A stretch of DNA of 64,000 bases from Candidatus Ozemobacteraceae bacterium (GCA_965140445.1 OZ223236.1:4064001-4128000); one strand, 5' to 3'. Counted from the stretch's first letter, positions 1 to 10,502 are shown. The notes: generated by a model not told the origin, from the sequence alone. Made by a program: numbers and translations.

Positions 1-1544
1 TAAACTTCATTTGCAATGTAATTCTTGTTGAATTCTTCCTGAACTTTGATTGGTGGAACCCATTCCATGTTGGTAGTAGAACCAGCATAAGAAACAGCAC
101 CAGCTGGTTTTTCGATGTTACCAGTGCGGAGCCATGATTCACCATAACCAGTGAAGTTCACGAATCTACCGTTAACACAAGCTACGTCCCAAATGATTGG
201 CATGTTCCAGCCGTTAGAAAGTTTCATTACATCGCTGTTTGAGAAACGTGTAGTTCCCCAGCTTGTTCCTGAACCATGTCCAAGGTAGTTAATAAGGCTG
301 CAGCCCTGATTTACAAGTTCAGCAACTTTAGCTTTAGAAGCGCCTGGATCATAAACTTTGTCAACAGTTGTGAACATTGAACCAAGAAGAGCTTCGCGGT
401 TTTCGTCCATATACTGCCAATCTTTTGGGTTACCTTCGTTTGAGGCAACGCCGAAAGCTCTAGTATACCAGGCAACGTCTTTAGTTGGATAAGCTTCGTA
501 GTTAACGAATTTAGCAACCTGATAAGCAACGCCATCTACATCTGTAGCAGAAAGTCTGCTGATGATACAATCTGGAACGTGATCATCGCCGGCTAATTTA
601 GTGTAACAACCATCGGAATCGGCTCTTTCTTTAACGCCTTTGTTAGTTGGAATCTGTTCAGCATCACCGATAAGCATGATGTGAGTGAGTCCACCCTGGT
701 TGTATTCGTCCTGGATGAAAGCTTTGATTTCGTCGTTAGTTTTTCCAGCTGCACTTACTGGAACCATTTTCACTTCGATACCACATTTTTTCTTCCAATC
801 TACGAAAGGTTTCATAGCGCCCATGAAATCATCATAAGCAATGATAAGAAGGCGGCCGTTTTCTGGCAATCTAGGAAGTCTGGTAGTAGCTTGTTTAAAG
901 TTCACAAATACATTGTTGTAAATTGGTTCGTAAACTTTACTGATAGGAGCAGCACTCTTCATAACATTTTTAGAAGCCTGATCATCAGCACTGATTACAA
1001 CTTTGAGTTTGCGGTGAATTCTGAGTTTGTTCTGAACAGGATTATACTGCACAGGATTAACTACAAGGTTAACACCACGAACTTCTCTGAAAATAAATGG
1101 AGAACCCATTTCAACGAGATCTGCATCTGCTGGATACCATGCATCTTTGGAATAAACTTCGCCAAAGCTGTAAGGAACAGATTCTGGATTGATGTCACGA
1201 GTGAAGTTACCTTTGCTTGGTACTACAGGAGCACTAAGATCGATTTCTTCAGACTGAAGGCTCTGAACCTGGAATACTGGTCTGCGGCTAGGATCAACCA
1301 TTACCATTGCAGTATATCTAGGAAGAGTAGGAGCACCTTTAACAAATGATTCTGAAGAATCTGGAGCTGTAATAGCTACAGCTTTTTTGCCAAGGATCTG
1401 GGCGTCATGAAAATTAACTTCAGGACAATCCATCTCAAGAGTTGTGGATAAACCACGGCTACTGCTTACACTTATTCCAGCACCAAAAGCCATGCTGGAG
1501 CTCAACAAACATACGAGAACAAAAAGACTTGTAAATCGCCTCAC
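1..1544 (-). CDS. C25 family (gingipain-like) cysteine peptidase with signal peptide and propeptide; runs off the window start (missing from the ORF track)
   Basis: Hand translation from GTG at 1544 (RBS AAGGAGG upstream): MRRFTSLFVLVCLLSSSMAFG signal; propeptide-like GAPTLP...PVQYNP; MLIGDAEQIP; catalytic His and Cys motifs INYLGHGSGTSWGT and DVACVNG; frame open to base 1. Confidence 0.88.
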   Translation of the reverse strand, partial: MRRFTSLFVLVCLLSSSMAFGAGISVSSSRGLSTTLEMDCPEVNFHDAQILGKKAVAITAPDSSESFVKGAPTLPRYTAMVMVDPSRRPVFQVQSLQSEEIDLSAPVVPSKGNFTRDINPESVPYSFGEVYSKDAWYPADADLVEMGSPFIFREVRGVNLVVNPVQYNPVQNKLRIHRKLKVVISADDQASKNVMKSAAPISKVYEPIYNNVFVNFKQATTRLPRLPENGRLLIIAYDDFMGAMKPFVDWKKKCGIEVKMVPVSAAGKTNDEIKAFIQDEYNQGGLTHIMLIGDAEQIPTNKGVKERADSDGCYTKLAGDDHVPDCIISRLSATDVDGVAYQVAKFVNYEAYPTKDVAWYTRAFGVASNEGNPKDWQYMDENREALLGSMFTTVDKVYDPGASKAKVAELVNQGCSLINYLGHGSGTSWGTTRFSNSDVMKLSNGWNMPIIWDVACVNGRFVNFTGYGESWLRTGNIEKPAGAVSYAGSTTNMEWVPPIKVQEEFNKNYIANEV

Positions 1545-1792
1545 GTTCTTCCTCCTTAAATTTACAAAATTCCTTATAGTAAGGGATCGTTAATTGATTA
1601 TACGAACGGTACCCTAAAGGCGCAATGGTTTTTAGAAAAAAAGTTTTTTAACATTCGGGTCACAAAAAAAGAGCACCAGAACAACCCAAAAACACCATCC
1701 ACAAAGGACTGCAATTAAAACAAACAACACATTTTTTGTGTAACACAGGTCGAAAAGAGAAAAAAATTTAAACAAAACCTAGAAAAAAGTTT

Positions 1793-3016
1793 TCAACTCC
1801 ATCTCTTTTTTCGTCTTCTTCTTCTTTTTGATTTTGTAATAGGAGCTTCCTGCTGTAAAAGCGGGATAAATGCTTCTGCCAATAAATCTGCCTGCCATTC
1901 ATGAAGAATTTCACTTTGCTTTAACTCGCCAAAAGACTTTGGTCTAACCCTTGCCAGATCATACAAGGCTTGACTAGGAGCCAGCAAAGAAGCAGCAACT
2001 CCCAACTCAATAGCAATCTGATCACGAATTTCCCGCAAGGTTTTGGCAAGTTCGCCCTCCCATGCGGATAAGAGGTTCTGATTAATTCTGAGTTTTGGCG
2101 GTTTTTCTAAACCTACCAGTTCAGCTTCCATTCCATCTTTGATAGCCTGCCTAAGCTCATCGCCGTGTCTATTAAGAAACTCCCGATTCAAGTTTTTAAT
2201 AACAGATAATCCAGCAATGCTTTGAGGCCTTTGGCGAGCAATTTCAAGAAGGGCTTGATTGCTTAAAAGCATAAAGGGAGCACGATCTAATTTTTTAGCG
2301 ATACGATCTCTTAAATGCCAGACTTCCCGAAGCACAGCAAGTGAACGCAGAGAAAATTTTGATGAGCCCTTAATTTTAAATGAATAAGGATCATATTCAT
2401 GCAGTCTATTTGTTCTGGCATCTCTGGCTATATTTTCAAACTCTTCTTCAGCCCATTCAAGCCTGCCAAGGTCGATTAGTTCTTGTTTTAACAAATCATG
2501 AATAGGAATAAGACAAACTGCATCCAGTAACGCATAGCTTTTCATGGCCTCAGACAAAGGTCTCCGCGACCAATCACATCTTTGCAATTTCTTATCTAGA
2601 ATTACCCCAAGATATTTTTCAGTCAGAAAACTTAATCCCAAACCTTTTAATCCAATAAACTCAGCAGCTTTGCGAGTGTCGAAAATACGTGGAATAAAAA
2701 CTCCCAGATCGTTAGCAAGCATTGAAACATCGTAATCCCCACCGTGAAAAACCCACTTAACCTTTGAGTTTTTCACAAATTCTTTGAGGGGAGTGAAATC
2801 CTCAATTTTCTGAGGGTCAAGTATTGCTGAAATATCTCTGCTAGCAATCTGAATAAGATTTACACGCGTAAAATATTTGTAAAAGCCTGCTGATTCAATA
2901 TCTACCGCAATAATATCTGAATCAGCTAATTTATTTAGCAATAATTCCAGATCTCGGGTTGTCTCAATCAGCTCTGCAGCGTCTAAAAAAGGTTGTGGAT
3001 TAAAGGCTGAACTCAT
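1793..3016 (-). CDS. rnd: Ribonuclease D (DEDDy exonuclease + HRDC domains)
   Basis: AVDIES, FHGGDYD, IFDTRKAA, CDWSRRPLS, YALLDA motifs; HRDC-like RDRIAKKLDRAPFMLLSN. Confidence 0.9.
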   Translation of the reverse strand: MSSAFNPQPFLDAAELIETTRDLELLLNKLADSDIIAVDIESAGFYKYFTRVNLIQIASRDISAILDPQKIEDFTPLKEFVKNSKVKWVFHGGDYDVSMLANDLGVFIPRIFDTRKAAEFIGLKGLGLSFLTEKYLGVILDKKLQRCDWSRRPLSEAMKSYALLDAVCLIPIHDLLKQELIDLGRLEWAEEEFENIARDARTNRLHEYDPYSFKIKGSSKFSLRSLAVLREVWHLRDRIAKKLDRAPFMLLSNQALLEIARQRPQSIAGLSVIKNLNREFLNRHGDELRQAIKDGMEAELVGLEKPPKLRINQNLLSAWEGELAKTLREIRDQIAIELGVAASLLAPSQALYDLARVRPKSFGELKQSEILHEWQADLLAEAFIPLLQQEAPITKSKRRRRRKKRWS

Positions 3017-3038
3017 TTTATTCCTGACGTGTCAAATA

Positions 3039-3058
3039 AGAGAGCCCTTCGGCTCTCT
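3039..3058. terminator. Possible stem-loop between the cyclase gene and rnd
   Basis: AGAGAGCC-CTTC-GGCTCTCT inverted repeat; U-tracts weak on both strands. Confidence 0.4.
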
Positions 3059-3114
3059 GTCTTTAACTAACATATTTTAGGTATATTAATCATCTTTTTT
3101 TTTACAAAATACAA

Positions 3115-5955
3115 TTATTTGTGAGTAAGAATGTATCTACCATCCCATCCATCTGGTGGTGGATGAATCTTATACTCATTACATCTTGCAATATAGGTTT
3201 TACTTGGCCCATCTTCAGGCCATTTTTTCAGCACGGCTTCAAAAGAAGCGATAGCTTCATCCCATTTTCTATCAAGGTGCAATTGAATTCCCTTGTCATA
3301 AAGCTCAACTCTTTCAAACCAGCCTTCTGGCTCTTTCCCTTTTTCGGAAATAAGTTCATGAACCTTAACGGGCTCTTTTTTTCCTTTTACAGCCAAAAAG
3401 TCAAGAAATCGAGCAGTAATTCCATGCTTCACCTGTTGGTAAGTTGCATCACTAATCATCAGGTCTGTTCCATATTCTTTATTTGCACCTTCTAGTCTGG
3501 AGGCCAGATTAACTCCGTCACCCATACAGGTAAAGTTCATCTGTGCTTGCTGAGACCCCATGTAACCAACAACAACGTTGGCTGTGTTCAAGCCGGCTCT
3601 AGCTGTAACTCTGGGGAGTCCCCTTTTGGCCCAGCCAATTTGAAGTTCATTAATCTTGTCCTGCATTTCAATTGCGCACAAACAAGCTCTTAGAGCGTGA
3701 TCTTCCTGTTTTCTGGGATGATTCCAAAAAGCCATAACAGCATCACCAATAAACTTATCCAAAGTGCCACCGTATTTGAAGAGAATATCTGTCATTGCCC
3801 CAAGGTATTCATTCAAAAGAACAACCAGCTCTTCCGGAGTCAGGGCCTCAGAAATGGACGTAAAACCCGCAACATCCGAGAAGAAAATAGTAAGCTCAAC
3901 CTTTTCTCCGCCTGGTTTAACAAGATCCGGGTTATCAAGCATATATTGGACAACATCTTTTGCGACAAACCGGGAAAACATCTGTTTGGTTTCTCTGGCT
4001 CTGGTGCGCTGTCTGAGATAGTTAACAAGAGTAATAAAACACCATGTCGCAGGAAAACTAACCAAAAAAGCGCCAAACAGAAAAACCTGATTAAACTGAT
4101 AATAAGACAAATATGAGTAGCCAAAGGTGCCGCCCACAAATGCCATAGTAATAAAAAAGCCTACCAGTGGGGAAAAAATATCCAGGAGAAATCCAAGCAA
4201 CAAACTTGAAAGAATAAGAGAAACTAGCGTTTTTAAGCTATGAGGATGGCGCAAAGCCTTATTTTCTAAGATGTTGGCAATAGCATTTGCGTGAATTTCA
4301 ACTCCCATTAATGGTTTACTTTGGACCATCAGCGGGCTTCTATAAGAAAGTGGCGTTGGATAAAAATCAAAATCGCTTGCTTCAAAGGGACCAACCAGGC
4401 AGAGTTTGCCCCCCTTATTGTTCCCGTAGGACATTGTCCTTTTGTGAGCTTTGTCAGGGTTCAACCTTTTCTTTTCAGGGTTTGCTTTAAATAATTTAAG
4501 TAAGAGATCCTTCTCAAAACATTCATAAAACGAGACGGATGGAAAAGCCACCTGCTTAAATCGTCCTTTTGTGGTTGATCCCATGTAACGAATAAGCATC
4601 ATACCTTTTGAACTTACTGGAATCGATTTATCTTTTATTACCAGTGGGCCAGAAAATTCACTTTTTACAAATTTCGGATAAATCTGCTTCAAGACCCGAT
4701 CCATCTCCGCAACATATGAATCGCTTCCAATAAGATTGTATCTTGCATCCAGAGCCGTCATAGACGTTAACAGTGAAAATGTTGGTTCGAGTGATTTTTC
4801 CTCATCATTTAAAACAAAAAGAGGAACCTGAGTTACGTAACTTTTGTTTCCTGCCAAAACATCAATCATTGCAGCTCTAACATTAGGTTTTAAAAACTTT
4901 TTGTGAGGCATAATTTTTCTGCTAACAAGCTTTACTTTTTCCAGTTCAGAAAGGACTACCCCACCCGTCTTATAAATGTCTTTTTCAGTTGTATCTTTTA
5001 TAAACTCTTCTTCAATAAGTGTGTGACCAGCTAAGATAATCTTACTCTTACTTTTTTCGATAGCCGATTCAAGTTTTTTATCAACTTCTAGCTCTTTCTC
5101 GCCTTGCAAAACAAAGTCAAAAGAAATAACTGATGCTGGCGCTACTTCATATTCTGAATTATCGTCTGGTTTATTGAGAAAAAAATTAAACTCTATGGCA
5201 GTATCTGGATATGGCCACAGTGAAACTGAATAAGAGATTTGTGAAACAATTAAATTCTTCAGCAAAACCAACCAGCGACTTAATATTTCTTCGCGAGCTT
5301 CACCAAGTCCTTCAGGATCATCCATATCAATTTCTTCGGACCAATTTTGCTCAAGAGTATTTAAGATTAGTGGTTTTCTTCCGAGAGCCAGAACTTTAAT
5401 AAAATTTCCGCCCTTTTCAGGCCAAAGCCTACCATCTATTTTCATCAGACCGGTGAGACGTTCAGATGAATTTGATTTTAGATAAGTTCTAACCTCTGAA
5501 TATGCTGGAAGCCATTTCGAAAAGCTATCCTTTATCAGCCATCTATCCTGATTTTCATAAAACCCCAATCCAATTGATAAAAACTTGAATTTTTCAGCCT
5601 TGCCTTTAGATGGCGACTCAACAATTGCTGAACTCCCCAAAAAGGAAAACAAGGAAGCAAATTCATTTCTACCGGGATTATTCCCCATTAGCTCAGACGT
5701 AGCCTGATCCTTTTTAACAATCAAAATATCGCTTAAAGAGCTTGATGGATTGTAACCATACTGAAAAATTAGAGCTACCAATGTGTCATCAAAATTTGCT
5801 AAAACGCCTGAAAAAAATAAGATGGCGGCAATAAATGATGAAAACAAACCAAACCAGAGGCCAGTATGAGACCTCTTATTTTTTTTCCCGCTTCTGCTTG
5901 TTTTTGAAAAAAAGATAGACTTTAAGCGGTTGATTATAGTTGTGCCCGCCATCAA
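3115..5955 (-). CDS. Class III adenylate cyclase with CHASE2-type extracellular domain, TM helices and C-terminal TPR-like tail
   Basis: IFFSDVAGFTSISE, TLDKFIGDAVMAFW (Lys suggests ATP specificity), GDGVNLASRLEGANK, VKGK; CHASE2 hallmark DFYPTP...MGVEIHANAIANIL followed by 3 TM segments. Confidence 0.9.
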   Translation of the reverse strand: MMAGTTIINRLKSIFFSKTSRSGKKNKRSHTGLWFGLFSSFIAAILFFSGVLANFDDTLVALIFQYGYNPSSSLSDILIVKKDQATSELMGNNPGRNEFASLFSFLGSSAIVESPSKGKAEKFKFLSIGLGFYENQDRWLIKDSFSKWLPAYSEVRTYLKSNSSERLTGLMKIDGRLWPEKGGNFIKVLALGRKPLILNTLEQNWSEEIDMDDPEGLGEAREEILSRWLVLLKNLIVSQISYSVSLWPYPDTAIEFNFFLNKPDDNSEYEVAPASVISFDFVLQGEKELEVDKKLESAIEKSKSKIILAGHTLIEEEFIKDTTEKDIYKTGGVVLSELEKVKLVSRKIMPHKKFLKPNVRAAMIDVLAGNKSYVTQVPLFVLNDEEKSLEPTFSLLTSMTALDARYNLIGSDSYVAEMDRVLKQIYPKFVKSEFSGPLVIKDKSIPVSSKGMMLIRYMGSTTKGRFKQVAFPSVSFYECFEKDLLLKLFKANPEKKRLNPDKAHKRTMSYGNNKGGKLCLVGPFEASDFDFYPTPLSYRSPLMVQSKPLMGVEIHANAIANILENKALRHPHSLKTLVSLILSSLLLGFLLDIFSPLVGFFITMAFVGGTFGYSYLSYYQFNQVFLFGAFLVSFPATWCFITLVNYLRQRTRARETKQMFSRFVAKDVVQYMLDNPDLVKPGGEKVELTIFFSDVAGFTSISEALTPEELVVLLNEYLGAMTDILFKYGGTLDKFIGDAVMAFWNHPRKQEDHALRACLCAIEMQDKINELQIGWAKRGLPRVTARAGLNTANVVVGYMGSQQAQMNFTCMGDGVNLASRLEGANKEYGTDLMISDATYQQVKHGITARFLDFLAVKGKKEPVKVHELISEKGKEPEGWFERVELYDKGIQLHLDRKWDEAIASFEAVLKKWPEDGPSKTYIARCNEYKIHPPPDGWDGRYILTHK

Positions 5956-5974
5956 TTAATCCTCTCAAGAGAAC

Positions 5975-7558
5975 TTATGAACAATATACTCTATAGTCTA
6001 TTTCAGGAAAAATATTATCCCGCCATTCAACTTCTTTTAGCCATCGTTCATCGACTTTTCCAGCTTTTATATCATTATAAAGTCTATTGAACCTGAATAT
6101 ATGATCTTTTGTTCTTTTTACAGCATATTCAACAGTTGTTCCAGTCTTCATAATAAAAGCCCAGTCAGAAGATTGCAAAAGCAATAATTCTCTAGCAGCT
6201 TGATTCAAAGCTCTTTCCATCAATCCTTCTGATTCCTGATAAGAATTTGCCAATTCAATCATGCGCTCTGCTGCTTTATGTAAATGTGGATAAATCCAAT
6301 CATTGTTTTTATGCAGCCAAACCTCGTTGTATCCTTTATGACCCCAGCTGGAAAGAGACGGAGTCGCAACCTGGTTCGCAGGGTATTCTGCAATGTAATC
6401 AGATGGAGTACAAAGCTTAACTACGCTACTTTGAGTAGCAATCTTTCTTAAAACAGCATGAATGAATTCGGGGCCTTCATACCACCAATGCCCAAATAAC
6501 TCAGCGTCGTATGGAGAAACCACAATGGGTTTTCGACTCATGGTCCTGGCGAGGTGTTCTATCTGACGCTCCCTGCACCACATAAAATGTCCAGCATGAA
6601 CTTCAACCTTTTCCATGGCAGCCTGAAAATTATATGGCAGCTTGTGATCGGAATCTCTTGAAGTAATCCTGTGATATTTGATTCCAGTGTTTAATCGGAT
6701 TCCTGATTCATGAATGTAAGGATGAATATACTCAAGATCCAAATCAAATCCTATATCCCTGTAGAACTCTCTGTAGTCAAGATCGCCAGGATAACCCTCG
6801 TGGGAAGACCAAACCTGGCGACTACTTTCCACATCACGGCCAAAAGCCAACATTCCGGATGGACACTGAATTGGTGCAAATGCACCAAAAGATGGTCTAG
6901 GTTGGGCAAACAAAATCCCATGAGTATCAGTAAAGAAATATTTCAAGCCGGCTTCAGCAAGCAAATTATCGTCACCGGGATTATACGCGCATTCTGCCAG
7001 CCAGATTCCGTTTGGAGAGCGATCAAAGTGCTTCCAGTAATCTCTAACAGCCAGTTCGATCTGAGCTTTTACTGCTGGGCGGTAGTTGCTCATTAGCGGC
7101 AGATAACCGTGAGTTGCGCAACAGGTAATAATTTCAAGCACACCTTGATCCTGAAAAAGTTTAAAAGCTCGAATCAGGTTGTGCTGATAATAATTAAAGG
7201 TGTCTCGAATGCGATAGAATTTTTCCCTGTATGCTAGTGCTGTTGGATAAAACTCAGGAAGCCATCTGGTTCTATTCACTTCTTTTTCAGATAATTCAAT
7301 TAGCTTATCTAGATGACGGGCATATCTTGTCATCAACAACTCGTCAGCAAGCATATTTACCAGAGGCGGTGTCAGGCTCATGGTGATCCTGAAATGAATA
7401 CCATCAGCAAGCAATTTTTCGTAAATTTGAATTAATGGAATGTAAGTTTCTGTGATTGCCTCATACAGCCATCTTTCTTCCATCATATCCGGGTGTTCCG
7501 GATGTCTTACAAAAGGAAGATGAGCGTGCAATACAAGGCTTAAATATCCCTGATGCAT
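5975..7558 (-). CDS. GH57 1,4-alpha-glucan branching enzyme (DUF1957)
   Basis: LVLHAHLPFVRH, ETYIPL, ATHGYLPL, IWLAECAY, PYDAELFGHWWYEG, QSSDWAFI. Confidence 0.93.
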   Translation of the reverse strand: MHQGYLSLVLHAHLPFVRHPEHPDMMEERWLYEAITETYIPLIQIYEKLLADGIHFRITMSLTPPLVNMLADELLMTRYARHLDKLIELSEKEVNRTRWLPEFYPTALAYREKFYRIRDTFNYYQHNLIRAFKLFQDQGVLEIITCCATHGYLPLMSNYRPAVKAQIELAVRDYWKHFDRSPNGIWLAECAYNPGDDNLLAEAGLKYFFTDTHGILFAQPRPSFGAFAPIQCPSGMLAFGRDVESSRQVWSSHEGYPGDLDYREFYRDIGFDLDLEYIHPYIHESGIRLNTGIKYHRITSRDSDHKLPYNFQAAMEKVEVHAGHFMWCRERQIEHLARTMSRKPIVVSPYDAELFGHWWYEGPEFIHAVLRKIATQSSVVKLCTPSDYIAEYPANQVATPSLSSWGHKGYNEVWLHKNNDWIYPHLHKAAERMIELANSYQESEGLMERALNQAARELLLLQSSDWAFIMKTGTTVEYAVKRTKDHIFRFNRLYNDIKAGKVDERWLKEVEWRDNIFPEIDYRVYCS

Positions 7559-7573
7559 CTATTTATACCACTC

Positions 7574-9157
7574 TTAATATGTTTGTCTTGTAACTACCGG
7601 GGTAATAACCCGCTCCATGTCACCGTCTTTGTTTACAGCTTTAACAGGAATTTCCTGAATGCCATCTGGAAGATGAAATCTTACGCTAAACGTGCCATCG
7701 GGCCTTAGTTCTATTGGAACGCCCTGAATTGTTACATTTGCGTCTGGCTCTGTTGCACCATATACGATTAATTCAGTGTTTACTACAAGCCAAAAATCTT
7801 TTCCAGTGCTTTTTTCAGCTTCTTTTATCTGTAAAGGCAGCCCTTCTGCGCCGGGAGAAGTTGGAGACCAGGAGGAAGGCATATTGTGGGAACCAGGCAT
7901 TCCCTGCTCTGAAGAAGGCAATCCTATTACACCTACAGGCCCTTCAGCCATTTCGAGGGAACCAGGCAATCCTGGCATCTTTGTCCCGTATACGATTTCT
8001 GGATTGGTCAATTCATCTGCCCCAATTACAGCTATCTTTTTACCAGCATTTGGAATTTCATGCCCAGCAATTCGCTGCACATCAGCCTTTACTTCATGAG
8101 GTCTATTTAAATCCGGTTTACCGCCCGAAACAGATTGAGGACCATAGCTTGCTGAATGCTTATGAGGAACTTCAGGAAGTGTGGCCCAATCTTTTGCTAC
8201 CCGGTCTGGCGGCGTTTGAACAAGATTACTCAAAGCAATAAAAGTATATCCCTCAGTTGGGCTTTGCAAACCAAGTTCGACCTGGTATACAGTCATAGCA
8301 CGTTCAAGGTGTATATACCAGTTACGTGCACCTTCAGTCAGTCTAATATTATGAGAGATACCATCTGAAACATTGTGCAGTCTCAAAATCAAATTGGAGT
8401 GAGCAAACTCAAAAATTCCCACTTCCATCTCAAGTCTTTTCAATTCGGCTTGAGGAAGCTGCCAATAAGCGTGAGCCCAATGCGGGTCTCTAACCTGAAG
8501 AACGATCTGAGTTTCACCGTAATCCTCAGGAATTTCACCGGACAATTCAGATTCCGGCACAGCTTCAGTGGCCTTAGAAATTTGAGGTGGAAAAACAGGA
8601 ATTTCCATGGTTGTTTTAAGAGAAGAATTCTTTTCTTCCAGGAGAGTTTTTTTGCCTCTGCCCGGAGCATCTATTTTAGCTATTGAATCTTCTTTTTTAT
8701 CTGATTTAGAAGCATTTTTTACTTCTGCCCCTTTTTGCCTTGGTTCAGAGACGCTTTCCTGCTTTTGTTTTCCAAAGGAGCGGTCTAAGCGTTGAACTTT
8801 TTTCTCGTCACCACAAACGATGCTACCTTTATCGGCTAGTGGGTTATCTGGAATTTTCTTTTTCACTTTAGACTCGCCTTTTGCTGGAACCTTAGTAGCT
8901 GACTTTACTTTTGAAGTTTCCACTTCTTTAGCTTCATCTTTTAAACTTTCTTTTTTGACCTTTTTTGTTAACGGCTCTGGGTTTTCAATCAAATCACCCT
9001 GGGTTTCAGATTTACTGTTGCAAAATGGAGCTAAAGCGTCAATTAATTGAGCTTTATTAAGCTTCGATCTTCCCTTGATGTTCAAATTTTGCGCAAGATC
9101 GTAAAGCTCCTGCCGTTTCATTTTGTTAAGTTCATCCAAGCTAAATGTGGATTTCAT
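7574..9157 (-). CDS. DUF4912 domain protein with N-terminal Rho_N-like helix pair
   Basis: LNKMKRQELYDLAQNLNIKGRSKLNKAQLIDAL; EIPEDYGETQIVLQVRDPHWAHAYW; C-terminal FWLVVNTELIVYGATEPDANVTIQG...DGTFSVRF. Confidence 0.85.
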   Translation of the reverse strand: MKSTFSLDELNKMKRQELYDLAQNLNIKGRSKLNKAQLIDALAPFCNSKSETQGDLIENPEPLTKKVKKESLKDEAKEVETSKVKSATKVPAKGESKVKKKIPDNPLADKGSIVCGDEKKVQRLDRSFGKQKQESVSEPRQKGAEVKNASKSDKKEDSIAKIDAPGRGKKTLLEEKNSSLKTTMEIPVFPPQISKATEAVPESELSGEIPEDYGETQIVLQVRDPHWAHAYWQLPQAELKRLEMEVGIFEFAHSNLILRLHNVSDGISHNIRLTEGARNWYIHLERAMTVYQVELGLQSPTEGYTFIALSNLVQTPPDRVAKDWATLPEVPHKHSASYGPQSVSGGKPDLNRPHEVKADVQRIAGHEIPNAGKKIAVIGADELTNPEIVYGTKMPGLPGSLEMAEGPVGVIGLPSSEQGMPGSHNMPSSWSPTSPGAEGLPLQIKEAEKSTGKDFWLVVNTELIVYGATEPDANVTIQGVPIELRPDGTFSVRFHLPDGIQEIPVKAVNKDGDMERVITPVVTRQTY

Positions 9158-9236
9158 ACCTGACTCCCGATAAGTAGAAAAATTTTTCCAGTTTACAAAG
9201 CAATTTTGATACCACTGTCAAAGGACAATTTATAAT

Positions 9237-9347
9237 CTAGCTCTCATCAAGAAAGCTATCAATTAATGCGGGTAGAAAAACCAGGAAAAAATAATAATGC
9301 AGAGCCATAAACAAGCCAAATGCATATCCGAATATTTGAAAAAACAT
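9237..9347 (-). CDS. Putative 36-aa small membrane protein (not in ORF track)
   Basis: MFFQIFGYAFGLFMALHYYFFLVFLPALIDSFLDES*; RBS-like AGGGAG directly after the upstream gene's stop; co-oriented. Confidence 0.5.
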   Translation of the reverse strand: MFFQIFGYAFGLFMALHYYFFLVFLPALIDSFLDES

Positions 9348-9360
9348 TCTATTTCTCCCT

Positions 9361-10497
9361 TCAATCGATCTTCTTCTCAATAGTTAGTTTAACACCAATT
9401 GAAGAGAAAAGCCCAACTGATTTTCTACCATTTCCATAGAGATCCTGAATATAGCCTCTGGTCTGGTTAACAGATGTAAAAGTCACTAAATACTTCAGGT
9501 TCTCAGTTTCAAAAACGTGGGAATTCTTTTCAATTCCATCTTCAGCAGAAAAAAGGAATTCTTGTTGCTCAGTTCCGCTACCTACGATAACGCTGAAAAA
9601 CTCAAACCTATTCTCTGGAATTCCATTGTGTTCATTGAAAGCCTTAAATGTAAAAGCCCCGTTATCCAACTGCCTTGATATTGTACCGGCTCCATTAAAG
9701 TTAAAAGATTTTTCAAAAATCATAGAACTTTCATTAGACTCAAATGGTTTTAAAGCATTTCCGGTTTTTGCGGGTTCAATATATGCAGTTCTTGCCCGAT
9801 CAAAATTAGCCAGCTTTTCTTCTGCCTGCTGAGCTTCATCAGAATCAGGATATATTATTTCAATCTGTTTAAGAGTCTCGACAGATTTTTCAACATCGCC
9901 CTTAAGCTCCAGCAAAGTTGCAAGCTTTAAAAGTCTTGTGGGCTCTTTTTCCCGGCTTTCAGAAAGATAAGTGAGATATTTTATTGAATCTTCTATTAAG
10001 CCAGATTCATCTTTAGCCATTAAAGAAGGCATAAGTCTCAAGCTGGTTAAATAATCATCAATTGCATCACGAATATTTCTTTTTTTATAAGAAGCCATTG
10101 CCTTTTTGAAAAGTCTTTCTGCCTCTTCCTTGCGAGCCATTTCTGGTAAATGCTCCAGTTTCATAATGGATCTACTTACAAGAATGTCAGGAAGACTTCC
10201 CTTCATTGCCAATTGATAATGATAGGTTGCAAAATCGTATCTGCGAATAGCCTCAAGACATTCGCCGATACGAAAATGCAATTTACTTTTTACCTCTTCG
10301 TTTGTTGTTAGAGGCATAGCTTCATAGTAAAAAATTAAGGCTTCCTTAAAATTATTCACCCTAAACATCTCTTCAGCCCTTAAAAGGGAATCCTTAAGAT
10401 TATAAGGAGGTTTTAAATTTTCATTTTGCGCCACGGAGATGCAAGGCGAAAAAAATAAACCACAAAGCAATAATTTTATTAAAACCCTATTAATCAT
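9361..10497 (-). CDS. Secreted tetratricopeptide-repeat protein with beta-rich C-terminal domain
   Basis: Signal peptide; TPR-like helices (LHFRIGECLEAIRRYDFATYHYQLA; IIYPDSDEAQQAEEKL). Confidence 0.7.
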   Translation of the reverse strand: MINRVLIKLLLCGLFFSPCISVAQNENLKPPYNLKDSLLRAEEMFRVNNFKEALIFYYEAMPLTTNEEVKSKLHFRIGECLEAIRRYDFATYHYQLAMKGSLPDILVSRSIMKLEHLPEMARKEEAERLFKKAMASYKKRNIRDAIDDYLTSLRLMPSLMAKDESGLIEDSIKYLTYLSESREKEPTRLLKLATLLELKGDVEKSVETLKQIEIIYPDSDEAQQAEEKLANFDRARTAYIEPAKTGNALKPFESNESSMIFEKSFNFNGAGTISRQLDNGAFTFKAFNEHNGIPENRFEFFSVIVGSGTEQQEFLFSAEDGIEKNSHVFETENLKYLVTFTSVNQTRGYIQDLYGNGRKSVGLFSSIGVKLTIEKKID

Positions 10498-10502
10498 ATA
10501 GC

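Noticed and set aside
681..1349. 222-aa plus-strand ORF, and the 311-535 minus-strand ORF
   Set aside because: Antisense and off-frame shadows of the C25 peptidase gene, which has clear motifs and an RBS
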